Part shown: in pieces, positions 1 through 12,642 of the stretch | Position numbering within the stretch: position 1 is the first letter of the stretch | Layout: each line of letters opens with the position of its first letter | Program-made: the position numbers and the translations under genes | NCBI GenBank assembly: GCA_018398765.1 | Contig: JAHBMJ010000232.1 | Location: forward strand, 1 to 53,087 | From: Chromera velia | Taxonomy: Eukaryota | Reading direction: 5' to 3' | Length of the DNA: 53,087 nucleotides | Notes under the pieces: model-generated | The model's database searches: none | Told to the model about the DNA's origin: nothing | Seen by the model: only the letters and a program-made list of their open reading frames with translations

Positions 1-1720
1 CAATCACCTGCGCCCTTTCTCTGGTATCAAGGATCAGTCTATCCGATGGGTCTCTGTAAATAAGGGTGCTTCCAACGCTGCTTGCAGACTGTCGTTTGAA
101 GAACGAGAAAATTCTGTCCGGTGGTAATTCAGGTCAGTCTGGGGTGGGAGGTTGTCTTCAGAGCGCTTCTGGTGGAAGTCTTGCGTTCCTCGGTCGGTCT
201 GTGACTGTTTTTATTTCTGGAAAGGGGTCTCTAGGGGAATGTATCTGTCAGAAGCGAAGAGATATGGAGGCAGCAGGAGATGCAATTTGCACACGAACTT
301 TTGCTGGGGAAGTGTATCTAGACTTAGTGCCTGGAGGGTTCTCGATGACTGACGGTGGTGTGCATGAACACAGTAGGTGTACTGATCGAGCAAGAAAGTG
401 CTCAAGTTTTCTGGGTCAGTCGCAAAGTCCAAGTTCCTTTGGAGAGTCTCTTCTGTCAGGGTTCGTGCTTGTTGTACTCTTCCTGTTCGCAGTAATCGGG
501 GTGGGTCTCTGAGGAGAACGAATCTGAGGGCTTCTCTGATCGGTGGGGGAATCTGGTCAAAGTTGAGGTGAGGTCTTCCAGGTAAGTTTTGTTGTTGCTG
601 AAGGATCTTGACTGGGTGCGATACGAGTTTGTGTTGTTACTTGTTTTTTTAAATCTGGAAGTTTGAGAATGGAAAAAAAATGGGCAGCGCTTCGCGGTTT
701 GCTCTGGTCTTTTTGGGTGTTCTCTCAAAGGATGAAAGAGGACAGAAAACGAAAATTTAGCAGCGCTTCACGGTTTATTCTGGTTTTGTTTCGGTTTTCT
801 TCTCAAAGGACAGAAGGGAGAATAAAACAAAAATTCGGCAGCGCTTCGCGGTTTGCTCCAGTTTTGTTTCGGTTTTCTTCTTAAAGGACAGAAGGGAGAA
901 TAAAACGAGAATTCTGCAGCGCTTCACGGTTTGCTCTGGTTTTGTTGTGATTCTTCTCCAAGTCAAAGGTGAAGGTCGTTTCAACTCGAAGGGCTCTTAA
1001 AGTTTGTGGTTGATGAAGGCGTCAGAGCGTACCAGAAGCTGGGCGTGAAAGCGTGCCGATGTGGATGGAGTTGAGAAGGCAGAGAAGGAAGTCCGGAGAC
1101 AGCAGGGTCCAAAGGAGCGACAGCTGCCCACACATAGGAGAAGTGCTTAAAGTTTCTGAAGGGTCTCTAGCGAGTGACAGAAGGAACTGCTAGATCCAGC
1201 GCTTGCAGGTGTGGTTGGATGAAGAGAACTCTTTGGTATCGGTTTCTGAAGAAGAGTGGTCGCCCGTACAGTACGAGCTTCTCTCTCGGTCTCTTGTTGG
1301 GGTTCCCGGCAAGGAAGAAAGTTCCCAAAGTTGCCTGGATAGAAATCTTCCAAGTGTCTGTGCTGAGAGACTCGATTGGTCTCCAGCTAGTTTCACTCTT
1401 TGCAGGTTGTGTTCGACTCTTGTGGCAAGTCACCACGTGAACTGCGCTAGTCGGACTTCGTGTCTGAGCCAGGCAGCCAGGTAAAGCTAGAAGAGAACGG
1501 GGCGCCAAAGAGCCTAGAAGGAACACTCACAGAGAGCTAATTGATTGAAGTTGTTTGTGCAAGAAGGTTTAAGACTGAGTTCGATTTTAGACCGGGTTCA
1601 GATTCTTCCAAGTCAGAAGTTCAGTTCAGAGTAAGAATCGAATCTAAAGTTCAGAGAGAATCTTTTTAAGTTCAGAGCCGCCTCCTTCGACGAGCTTGAA
1701 ATCTTTATTTCCAAATCGCA
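1..1720 (-). mobile_element. Probable decayed transposable element segment (class unresolved)
   Basis: Intronless sequence with long semi-open minus-strand frames interrupted by isolated stops, containing a ~77 bp tandem array and adjacent to other TE relics. No diagnostic domain motif recognised. Confidence 0.3.
684..945. repeat. ~77 bp tandem repeat, ~3.5 copies
   Basis: Core GCAGCGCTTCRCGGTTT recurs at 684, 760, 838 and 916 (spacing 76, 78, 78). Confidence 0.85.
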
Positions 1721-1779
1721 CTTCAATTTTGTTTTTTTGTTTCAATCTGATTTTTCGGATTTTTCTGTTAAATATGTCC

Positions 1780-1890
1780 GTCCGATTTTCTGGACCCGTC
1801 TGATTTTCCGGACGCGTCCGATTTTCCGGACACGTCCGATTTTCCAGATGCGTCCGATTTTCCAGACGCGTCCAATTTTCCGGATATGTC
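1780..1890. repeat. 18 bp tandem repeat, ~6 copies (probable subterminal repeat of a DNA transposon)
   Basis: Consensus CCGATTTTCCGGACGCGT; most variants are C>T or G>A. Confidence 0.85.
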
Positions 1891-2312
1891 TAACGCCTGA
1901 TCCAGCGGCCTTGATCATCTTTCCAAGTGGTCTCAAGTTGTGATTTTACCTGCAACACTTACTGTATCTAGCATTTTCCTAGGTGTGCTCCAATTGAGCT
2001 TGAACTCGTTTGGATCCCGTTCCTGCAATTCTATATTTATTTATTTCTTTATAATTATAATCAATGTATTTAATTCATTTTTTTTTCTTATCTCACTTCT
2101 TCTTTATTTCCAAAAACAATTATTCACTAAATCTTTCTAAATAAATCTATTTTTTTTAAATTATTTTTTTATCTTTCTTTTAGACTAAGTACTGTCTTTA
2201 TTTTTATTAGCTGATCAATAATTTAATTCCTATTATTTACTAAACTAATTTAATAATTTCTTTACTTTTAAACTAAGACCATTAGCGATTTCCTCTGTAT
2301 ATTTCTAAGAGT

Positions 2313-2624
2313 CTAAAGTGCAACGGAACAGGGGTCTGTGAGTGGGGGTTCTCTCTCTACGATAAGGTTTACTCTGAGAAGAGAAACCGTCTTACCCAGC
2401 CGCACCAGGACTTGCTGGTCACCACACACACCAACCTCCACCTCCAAAGGGTTCATCAGAGGAACGTCGGGCACCACAGGAGAAAGACCCAGATTTTGGG
2501 ACTCCAAGAATGTGACCTTACATTGGACAAGTCTGCCGAGACATTTGATGATGAGCTAGATGGAGAGATGACGATTGAATACCTGAAGAGCATCGGACTG
2601 GAGTTCAGAGAGGCTCCTTTCTGA
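2313..2624 (+). pseudogene. hAT transposase C-terminal dimerisation domain fragment
   Basis: Translation LKCNGTGVCEWGFSLYDKVYSEKRNRLTQPHQDLLVTTHTNL matches the hAT dimerisation motif (CERxFS...RNRL...L...N), with the conserved R read as W (CGG>TGG). Upstream is AT-rich non-coding sequence, so the ORF is 5'-truncated. Confidence 0.7.
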
Positions 2625-3203
2625 GTCACTATAATTCATCATCACCATATCATAACTCAACAGACGTTCATAGAGCATTAACGTAGGTTAAATGACCCCC
2701 TAGGACGCTAAAAATAGAAGAAATTTTTTTTTAAGGTCTAGTACAGTAGTACAGTACAGTGTACTAGACAGTGTAGATGTTATAGTACAGTAGTATAGTA
2801 TAGTACAGTGTTACACAGTAGTACAGTGTGGTACAGTGTACTTGTGCAACTATAGTTTTTCAGAGTTCTTCCATAGATTCTAAGGTTCCTGTTTGATTTC
2901 CTAGCAATTTTAGTCTTTCTATACTTAATTTAGGTCTTTCATGGTTCCTGTGGTAGCCTTAGTTCAGAGTGGTCAGGAACCACATTTTAGGAACTTGGGA
3001 ACCAAACCGCTGGACACCTACTTTTTGCATGAGAACTAATGAGAACCGGTTAAGAACCAAGCTAAAACATATCACAATAGACTTTTCAGACATTACAATA
3101 TATTCTATTTAATCAATTTTCCTTTAGACAGAATCTGTTTATCATTTTTGATACTAGGAACCAAGTGGGCATTACCATAGGCTGCACACAGTGCGGCCCC
3201 GTA

Positions 3204-3210
3204 GTGTGTG

Positions 3211-3245
<35 letters not shown>

Positions 3246-3285
3246 ATATGTGTGTGTGTATGTATATGTATGCGTGTGTGTGTGT

Positions 3286-3327
<42 letters not shown>
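3204..3327. repeat. Compound (TG)n/(TA)n microsatellite
   Basis: Seen directly in the sequence. Confidence 0.95.
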
Positions 3328-3328
<1 letters not shown>

Positions 3329-4387
3329 CTTCCCCCCCTTGACTGCGAAGCACTCCAAGACTTCATCATGGCCCAACCCGACTCTTCCTTCACAATGGCT
3401 CAAGGCCCCATCAACGAAGCCCCAGACCATGCCTATGAAGCTGACACTGAAGGAGCTCACCGGCCTGTAGGAGCCTATGTCCGAGATCATAACACCTTCT
3501 TCCACCGTCCCGAGAGTGATGGAAGAAGAGGAAACTGAGGAAGAGTTCGTGAATTCACTCCCTCTCTCAGATATCCTACGATCCGTCAAGATTGAGGACA
3601 TGGTCAAGGAGGGGGAGAACACGGAGAAGTACGACAAGAGCGCCAAGAGAGTGAATAAAGGACAACTCCGCAAGAGACTCCTGAAGAGTATCGAGAGTAA
3701 GAAGCCTAGAAAGGCACTCATATACCGCATCGTAAAGATTCTTACAAATATGTGCCGAGCAGCTTCTCGATCAAACTCAAGTTTACGAAAAAATAATTAC
3801 GGAGATGAAAAAAACTCAAGTCGCGAGGCAATGCCATGTATGCGATATTCTTTTTTTAGTTTCAAATAAAAATTCTTGGTGTCAGGCCGGATGCGCTGTT
3901 GCTGTGCTGTCATTTTTTGAGTCTTTGTTATTACATACATACTTGTGCCATGCTTTATATACGAGAGTGTTCGACCTCCAAATTTCCGTGATCAAATTTA
4001 TGCCTGCGTCAGAAACTTAATGAAGTTTTAGTTCAAAAAAAAAAAAAATCGTTCGAATTCATATATCCGTTACATGCGATCGATCGAGTGACAAAAAAAA
4101 AAAAAAAAGGCCGGGGGAGGGGGGACCTTTAAGCATGTAAGTGACATTATCATTTCTCGAGTAAACTCTACAAGAGATCTTACTAGTAGAGCTTTAGATA
4201 ATAATAATCAACGATTGTAAAGTAAGGACTATACTAAAGAAGCAAATGTTATATGATGATCATTGTAATCTAGTTGATATATAGAGATTTGAATTAATTT
4301 GAATCAAACGTGGAATCTTTAATTTTGATCTTAGAAAGGGGCGAATTAGGATGAATGCTATATGCGCTACTCTAGTCTCTAGTTTAC

Positions 4388-5618
4388 CGCACGGACGTGG
4401 GCGGGCGGGACATGAGGGGGGTCTCAATCAAACCGGACCCCGCCGCCCACACTGCACGATTTTGGCCTCATATAGGGAAAGGAAAAAAGAGCCCTGCCTT
4501 CCTTTTTTCCCGCTTCTGAACCCCATCCAACTTACCTAGGAGATGTCAGTTCGCCTCTCTAGACTCTCTCTAGCTGCTTGGTACAGAAAAAACGACTCCA
4601 ACACACACAGGGAGTGCAAAGAACGGACGTCTGAGCTCTGACACCTGAAGAGGCCAAAGAGGCCTCCCTGGACTCAGAAGTGAATAAAAGGCTGTGATGC
4701 ATCAATGATGATAAAATGTATACCGACACACAGGTAACTTAGTTCCAACAGGAGATAACGAATGGTTGGTGCACTGTGGACTTTAAGTGACAAGTCTGCC
4801 CAGGAACAGAAAGATACACTCCAGGGGGCAGCCTATATGAAATCGCCGGAAGACCTTTCTCTTTCTTGAGTGCCTCCAACCTGCATTCAGCGTACAAAGG
4901 TACTGCCTAACACGCATACGATCATGTCTAGAGGGAATGAGCAAGACAAAACGACCTACCAGGGGAAGTGGAAGTCGATTAATGCTCCAGAGACGTCATT
5001 TCACCACAACAAAGTAACAACAGAATCTCACCCTCCCAAAATCAGCAGACGCACCGGAAACCGATCCCACTGCTCTCAGAGGATGACAACAGACCTAAAG
5101 CCTTCAGCAAAATTGACGGGGACGACTTTCATGACTTCCTGGCGAAAAGAAAGAATGTTGCTCAGGAGGCCAGAAGGGGCAATTCCTGACTGTTCGCAGT
5201 ATCAACTGCCAAACCCATCCAAGCAGACCAGCGGTGCAACAAGACTTCACCCTGACACAGACATAAGCTGTCTGGTCTTAAAGGAGGGGAATGGTGCGAC
5301 TTTTACCACCCATACTGCTCTGGACAACAAGAAGGAAAGCAAGGCAAGAGGGAACGAACTTGGCCCTCTACAGACATCTGTGAGCTTTCTGAGGTTTTTT
5401 CAGACATTTTGGTGATTTTGAGGGTGACCCCGGAAAGTTGCGGTCAAAATTTTGCCAGATTTGAAATGCCGGGGTCCTGACGATCATTTTGGTAGGTCGC
5501 GGGCCTCTGGGGCCACCGGGGCCGCCAGATAAGGCCATACTGCACGTTTTTAGCTTCGTATGGGGTCTTACCGTTTGATTAAGACCCCTCTCATATCCCG
5601 CCCGCCCACGTCCGTGCG
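4388..5618. mobile_element. Non-autonomous TIR DNA transposon, ~1.2 kb, with ~45 bp terminal inverted repeats
   Basis: Left end CGCACGGACGTGGGCGGGCGGGACATGAGGGGGGTCTCAATCAAAC; reverse complement of right end CGCACGGACGTGGGCGGGCGGGATATGAGAGGGGTCTTAATCAAAC (3 transition mismatches). No clear TSD. Confidence 0.8.
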
Positions 5619-5760
5619 ACCCGTAAGTTTATATGCTATACCGATTTATTAGTTATAACAGTATTACACTATTAGTGACACTGACTATTCTGCCAGTGTC
5701 TAGTGCTAAGTCTAGTGTTCCATTCAACATGATCGAGTTGTTGACTGCATGTATCGGAGC

Positions 5761-7162
5761 CTAGGCGCCACACATAAAAAAAAGAAAAACAAAAATTAGG
5801 CGTCCTCAACTTTTTTTTTTTTAATATCAAAAGTTAGGTTCATATTTTGTATGGGAAAATAAGTTTCAGAGTCGAAAGTGATTCTTTTCCTTTTGGAGGC
5901 ACTTGAAAAAAAAATAAAAAAAAAATTAGGCATTCCCAAGTTCCCAACTTTTTTTTTCTTTTTTTTTTTCTATGTGCGGCATAAGGCTGAGAAAAGGTGC
6001 ATAAGGTGCTGGTGCAAAAACAGGTTTATACCTTAAATCAGGTGCAAAATAAGGTGTACCGTTTACCCTATGAAAGCTATGTTTCTAGGGTTGATTTCTA
6101 GTGTTTCTAACGGCCAAAAAGCGTCTCATTCAAAGCTTAAAAGCTTATTATGATATAGATTTGTTACACTAGTTTTTACTATGCAAAACAACTTTAAATG
6201 TCGCTAGAAATATCAGTGAAAAGGCGATAAAAAGCAAAAATAAAAATTTTATAATTAAAGACTCTATGTCTCTGACTGTCTCATGACTTCGGTCTCTTTC
6301 TAGGTCTCTTTTCTCAACTTAAACAACGTTTTTCACCTCTCCAATGCTTTTTCTGTATGCTTATAGTGTTTGAATATGTTTGGCACCGTTTACGTGCTAC
6401 ACCGTAGTCCAGTTCTATCCCTACGGTCCATAAAACCTTCAAACTGCATGCATGCCCCTTTGGAGCAAACTCATGAAGAAAACAACCACAAATGGTGCGT
6501 TTTCATAAAAAAGAAAAAGAAGAAAGAATGAAACAAAAGAAAGCTTTTTTTTATTTGCATTTTTCCTCTGAGCAAGGGCAAGTGAGGATGAGTGAGGGCC
6601 TGATCTCAAGGCTCAGAGCCCAGCCCCGTCATATACCCTAGCTCTCTTCTTTACTCACCCCCTAGCTCACCCGCACACACAAAATGATAACGGAGGACAA
6701 AAAAGAGGAAGAAGAGAAAGAAGAAGAGGAGAAAGAAGAGGAGAGAGCAAGCTCCTTACAGACTTTGTCTCACTCGAAGTCCAACTTGAAAGTCGACCCT
6801 GCTGCAAAGAGAAGAGGTACTCATGCTTCAATAGACTTAATTTCATGCAGCGCATGCATGCGTTATCAAACGTGCATTCAATGACCTCTGTATGCATGTA
6901 GCCAATTTTAATTTTTCCTTAAAAATCGGCTGATTGGATTTGTTCCGTGCGCGCGCACCGCGGCCCGGCAACACGCGCGTTTGGGGCCGCGGGGAGCCGC
7001 AAAGGCGGGGCAGCGGCGCGTTGCAAAGCCATCACGCTAACACTTTTCACCCAATTCCATTCAGTCAGGTGCATCTGGTGCAAAACAGGTGCATCTGGTG
7101 CAACTTCTTGTTTTGCACCTTTTCTGAGGTGCACCTTTTCCAAGCCCTAGTGCGGCGCCTAG
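5761..7162. mobile_element. Small MITE (~230 bp) with 8 bp TSD, split by a nested insertion
   Basis: Perfect 8 bp direct repeat ATCGGAGC at 5753-5760 and 7163-7170. TIR CTAGGCGCCACACATA pairs with reconstructed TATGTGCGGCGCCTAG once the inner element is removed. Confidence 0.85.
5982..7149. mobile_element. Non-autonomous hAT-like element nested in the right TIR of the MITE
   Basis: TIRs TAAGGCTGAGAAAAGGTGCA versus reverse complement TAGGGCTTGGAAAAGGTGCA. 8 bp TSD GTGCGGCA (5974-5981) / GTGCGGCG (7150-7157). Many subterminal AGGTGCA/TGGTGCA motifs at both ends. Confidence 0.85.
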
Positions 7163-8704
7163 ATCGGAGCACTAGTCGGAGCAACTTGAATGTATTCAGG
7201 GTTGTATGCAAAGCAGCAAATGGGCACTCTATTATATACCAGACCGACTGGATGCTCACGCACCCTACGACCCTCGCGCGAATCTTCAGTGCAGATCCAC
7301 TGTCACCCACACATCTATACTTTAAAGCTGAGTGAAAGCTAGACCGAAACAAGAATGACGGGCCGTTGACGGATGTATTTGCCCCTCAGACTCGATCTTC
7401 AACGCTAGCTCCAACACCTGCTGCTTTTCCTTACTATGAATTTGCTCACAAACCACGGAGGCCTGACGAGGATCCACTGATTCAACGCACCCCATCCCCC
7501 ATTCAATTCTGCACTCATACATCCGGTCGGTCCGTTGGTCAGTCAGTCAGACAGAATTTCAAGTTCGTAAGACGACCCACTCCCCTTCGACTCCCCCCCG
7601 AAACCGTGACCTGCTGTCCGTTTTCACCCCCTCCTTTTTTCGTGCCGCCCATGTGACTAAACCATCCCACGCACCATTTCTTTCTTCCTTCTCCCTCTGC
7701 TGCTCCTTCTTCCCATTTCTTTCCACCTAACCGTTTGATCAGATCAGCGCATTGTCAGGTCTCGCTCTGAAATCTTTTTGTCAATTGATGCTCAAGAATC
7801 GAAAGGCTTCTTTCCGTTTATGGAGGAGCCTCGTTCTTTTTCCTTTCTTTCCTTTTCTTCCCTTCTTTGTCGCAGACGCTGGAAGCCACAAGAGAGAGAG
7901 GAGAGAGAGCAAGAGAGAAGAACACGCGAACAGAGAGAGGTCACACAGGCAATTGCATTTTGTTGGAAGGACATGAAAGGTCATTAAAGGGACACAAGCA
8001 GCACCCCACCACAGAGGCACTTCTGGGTGTGGCACCTCCCAGGTGCTTTGGGTGGGTGGAAGTCCGTGCACGCATTGGTCGACGCACGCAAGAGAGACAT
8101 GCAGAGAGACAGAGAAAAAGGGATAGAGAGGAAAAGAGAAAAATACGAGAAGGCAGCGTTTAAGAAAAGGCACCGCAGCTCACCGCAGCGGAAGAGGTAA
8201 AACAAAGAGAACAGCAGGGGACAGCAGGAAAGAAAGGAACCACGAAAGAAAGAAAAAGACTGACTTGGAGATTAAATACACACAGAAAGAAGAGGGTAAG
8301 TATCGCTGGTTCTCTCCACCTCTCCACACAGACCTCCGTGGAGAGGCAATTAAAGGAAGACGAACGAAAAACAAACAGACAATTCTCTTTTACACCGTCT
8401 TCGAGGGCGCCATATTCCCTTTTTTCTCTATTCCGTGCCCCCCCCTGCTCTCCCTGCAATCACAGAAAGAAACAGAGGGAGGAAACAGGGTTCCCTTTCG
8501 TTTCTGCTTCCACTCCTATCCCTCGAGGTACCCGTCCATCCAGCGTTAATGCATCCTTTCACACCTGCAGGAAGCGAGGAGGCCGGTTGCTGGTTGGATG
8601 GACTCAAGTCTCTCTCCCTCTAACTTCCCCCCTTCCCAACCGCCCCCGGAAACGGCAACACGTACAGCAATGCAGACCGATCGATATATTCTTCTCTGAT
8701 CAGA

Positions 8705-10287
8705 TCAGTCCTTCACAACCATCACAGGAAGCTTTGCGTGTTCGACAACGAATTTAGAAACGCTTCCCAGGAAGAAACGGCGAAAGCTTCCCAGCCCACG
8801 GCATCCCACAACGAGGAGGTCACTCTTCAACCTCTCGCCCTGCATGCACAGCACAAAAAGATTAAAAAAAAAAAAACGATGCAGAAAGCATCAATAAAGA
8901 GCTACAGGCATCCCACAATGAGGTCACTCTTCAACCTCTCGCCCTCCGCAGCACATCCAAAAGAGAGGACCAAGAAAGGAACAGAAGTGAAGGAAGGAAG
9001 GAAGAAACGAGAGCAGGCGGCCACACCCCCGCACACATGCACAGAGACAAACAGAGAGAAGCAGGAAGACAAAAGACAAATGTAAATGCAAACACCCATA
9101 CTGCCACCGAGAAAGCAGATGCAAAAGGGGCGAAAAAATCTCCATCACCAACCATACATGACACGGAAGTCTACACATGCAGACACACACACACACACAC
9201 GCACATACACCCCCCCACCCCCACCCCAACACACACACCATACAAGCATACGCTCAAACACACGGGGAGAGACAACAAAAGAGACCCCAAGTAGAGAGAA
9301 AGAAGAAAGAAAGAAGCACACGACCGACCGCCTCGCAAACGAGTGCGCCAATCTGATGAGCGCTCGTGGAGTTCTCCAGAGGAAGGAGCAATTTGAACAG
9401 CTTCGGGTGGTGCTCCTTCAGCTCGGCATCACTGATTCCCCCCTTCAAATTTTTCAGCTTCTCATCCGTTGCCTTCACATATTCCTGGGCCAGCTTCGAG
9501 ACCAACTGGTTGCACTTATCCACCACAGCCTCGTTCTGCTGCTTCACCCTCTCGTGAGTCAGGCCGCTCAGGTTGGAATCGGGCCACACAGCGAAGGTCG
9601 GGTAGGCTGCTGCGCAAAAACGGGAGAGCCCAGGAAACGATGAACACATGCATCGACATAAAGTGCATTCAGAACTCTTCGTGTGACAGTCTCGTAATCC
9701 CCGAACAGGCTGCGTGCCTGCCTGACTGACTGACTGACTTGCGTGACTCTGCATAAGGAGGAGGTGTTCCAAAGTCGCCCTCTCCCAGATGGTGGTCAAC
9801 ACGACAACGTCATTGGGAGTCAGGTCGAGGTGCTTGGCAAGCCAGGCAACGGCACGCTCGCTGTACTCAGAGCTGTCCACGCACACCTACAAGGTAACGC
9901 AGAACACGGCAAACAGGGAGAGGCAAGGGGTGTGGGAATCAGGAAACAGAGAAGAGCAAGCACTTGCTTGAAAATGGTTGGCCTCACAGAGGAGACGGAA
10001 GAAGAGAAATGGCATCAACAAAGAAAACAATGAAGGAACGCACTCGCTCATTCTACATGCGTGTTCGGAGCAGATCACGCCTACAACTGAATGGCCAACA
10101 GAGCACAATCCTGCGCGTTTCTTGCACAGTCCATGCACAAGAAGTTCGATCGACTGACAGTGAAAAGACGGGACTTGAAGTCAGCGGGATCAGCTCCAGG
10201 AGTCTCAGCAGCCTTCTTCTCCCGAAATTCGCTGATCTGACGGAGAAGCTCTTCAATCAGATCGTCAACGGAGCGGTGCTGAGGCAT
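8705..10287 (-). CDS. Universal stress protein (USP/UspA domain), 4 coding exons
   Basis: Exons 10287-10159, 9886-9739, 9609-9329 and 8839-8705, with GT-AG sites and consistent phases. N-terminal motif VCVDSSEYSERAVAW; C-terminal DLLVVGCRGLGSFRRFFLGSVSKFVVEHAKLPVMVVK (G-x-R-G...GSVS ATP-binding USP motif). Confidence 0.92.
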
Positions 10288-11005
10288 CTTTTTGATTCCT
10301 TCTTTGTTTATTTGAGAACGGTTGCAAGTGGTATGAGCCAATCAGCAAACGATGCACCTAATTCTTTTGGAATTCAAGTCAGTTCTGCAAGAGGAAGTTT
10401 CTGCTCAAAGACAACTGTATAACAATCAGTGAAACTGTTTGCATTCCACTCAGTTCTTACTTGGACATCTGTTCAGCTTGCTTCAAATCGAGAGAGGCAA
10501 TGAGACCAGGGTGGTCAGTCGCAGAACCCGTTTTTTGTTGAAAGAGTCGCAACTTTTCAGACTCAAATTCAGTGACGGCTCCAAAAGACTGCATGTATTA
10601 ATATATGAGTCGCGAGAAAAGAACGTATATACGTGTGCGTGACGTGGCGTCCGCGCGCGCGCGCGCGGCCCCCGGTCCCATGCATCAATTGGGCGCGCCA
10701 CTGCGGCGCCGCCGCGCTCAGACTGCAACACAAAAAGAAAAAAAGTTCAATATCAGATCGAGGTCTATATCGGTTGATCATCAATTAATCACATGTTGAT
10801 CATTCAACATGATCGATCGACAGCATCATACAGCATCATCATGCACCATGCATTCCAGCATTGAAATGCGTGAACCAGTACATACATTTGTTTTACTGCT
10901 TCACCTTTAAGGCCCCTCTAAGGCCTATCAGCGTTCATTCTTCTTCTTGAAGAACTTCTTTCTCTGAACATCCTTATCTTCTGTATTGTTGGCGCAAAAC
11001 AACAC

Positions 11006-11425
11006 ATATACCAAGACCAACTCAATTTAGTAAACCCATACAGCAAATTACGATTGTGATTGCAAATGTGAAAAATATTTTTATTATGTAAATAGTCTTT
11101 TGAGACTTACAACATGTTTCTGATAATATTTGTGAAGTCTGTACAAATTTTTAAGTTCGTACACGCCACCGAGTATGTTTACAAAAAAAATAAAATTTCA
11201 AAATTGGGATTCAATTTTTTGGGTTTCCGGGGCCGTCCGGCTTTGAATTTCATATTTTTTGCAAATATAATCGGTGGCGCGTACGAACTTGAAAATTTAC
11301 ACAGACTTCTCGAATATTATTAGAAACATGTTGCAAGTCTTAAAAGACTGTTTACACGATAAAAATATTTGTCACATTTGCAATCGCAATCGTAATCATG
11401 CCAAATTAAGTTGGTCTTGGTATAT
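11006..11425. mobile_element. Foldback MITE with ~160 bp inverted arms and TA-flanked ends (Tc1/mariner-like)
   Basis: Ends ATATACCAAGACCAACTCAATTT ... AAATTAAGTTGGTCTTGGTATAT. Arms pair inward to GTTCGTACACGCCACCGA / TCGGTGGCGCGTACGAAC. Confidence 0.85.
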
Positions 11426-11806
11426 CGGTTGTTCACTGTTTCGTTTCTTTCTTCGCTTACTCTCTAGAGCTCAATCGTTCATTCGTTCATCCAACAAGCG
11501 AATCAAGCAGTTCGTGATATCCTGCTGCTGTGCCTTTATTCGAGGGCTTTTGTGGATGTTTGGTAGCCAGGCTGTACTTCCTTCGCCTACTCCAGACACG
11601 ACCCCCATGAAGATCTCTGGGCCTCTGCCTTCCGAGCTGCTCTGGAACCCTGCTACTTCCTCTACCACGCCACACACTGAACGTTCCGAGACCCTGAACG
11701 CCTCCGGAATCTCTCTTACTGATATATAAGCTGAGTGCTCTTTTTATTGATTCTTCTGCTTTCTGTTTAAATCCCTTCTATCTTTATCAGCAAAGTGATT
11801 CACATA

Positions 11807-12642
11807 TAGGGGTGTAAGAACGGGGGGGGGGGTGCGTTCGAGCTCTTAGGACTCCAGATCCGACGGGGTCCCCCCCGTTCGAGCTCTAGGGAGATCAGAC
11901 CCTGTGAACAGGGACCCCCCCGTTCGGAGAGCTCCAGGTAAGAAAAAGTGCTAGGTTATAAAGACAACCTAGATGATGACCTTCATGAAACCTAAACTAA
12001 TATTCTCAACTCTAACTCAAAACATACTTAAACTTTTGAAATTCTAGCTAAAATCTTCTTATAACATTTTGTAACTTGAATAAAATTAAGTTCAACATGA
12101 ATTGAATTTAACTCCGTCATATAATAGAGATTAATCAGCTTCTAATTTTTTCTAATTTATCATTAAATAAAGAATGGCAAAGGCAAAAACACTTGTGATA
12201 TAGATATTAGGTGATCGATGTGCCCTTTTGAAGTACGAATCTTCACAGCATCTTGAAAGGACTTCAGAGGGAAAGACAATGAAAAAATTAATGGTCGGCA
12301 ACGGATCAGCAATCTCAATGTCCGGGCTTAAACAGCAGCATCAGTAGTAGTGAGCGGTGTGAGGGTATCACAGTCAGCAGCAGTGTAAGGCAAGAGAAAA
12401 CAGAATAACCATACAAGAAAGCGACTGTTCACAGAAGGCGGGGCATGGCGGGGTAAGTGAATCATTCAGTAACAGACTCAAAAAATTAATTTTGATCGCG
12501 CGTACAATTTTGAAACTCTGTGCGCCCCCCCCCCCCTTTTCNCCCTTTTCGATCTGACGGGTCTCCCCCCTCATCGGGCAGGCTCCTGCCTGCCCCGCCG
12601 ACGGGGTCCCCCCCCCTGTCCAAAAGAGATTTTACACCCCTA
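11807..12642. mobile_element. Non-autonomous hAT-like TIR element
   Basis: Termini TAGGGGTGTAA ... TTACACCCCTA. Flanks share ATTCACATA / ATTCGCATA (degenerate TSD). Repeated subterminal CGACGGGGTCCCCCCC motifs near both ends. Confidence 0.7.

Noticed and set aside
3105..3538. His/Thr- or Cys/Val-rich ORFs here and in introns (e.g. 30.9-31.3 kb, 39.3-39.7 kb)
   Set aside because: They are translations of (CA)n, (GA)n and (CAGA)n microsatellites.
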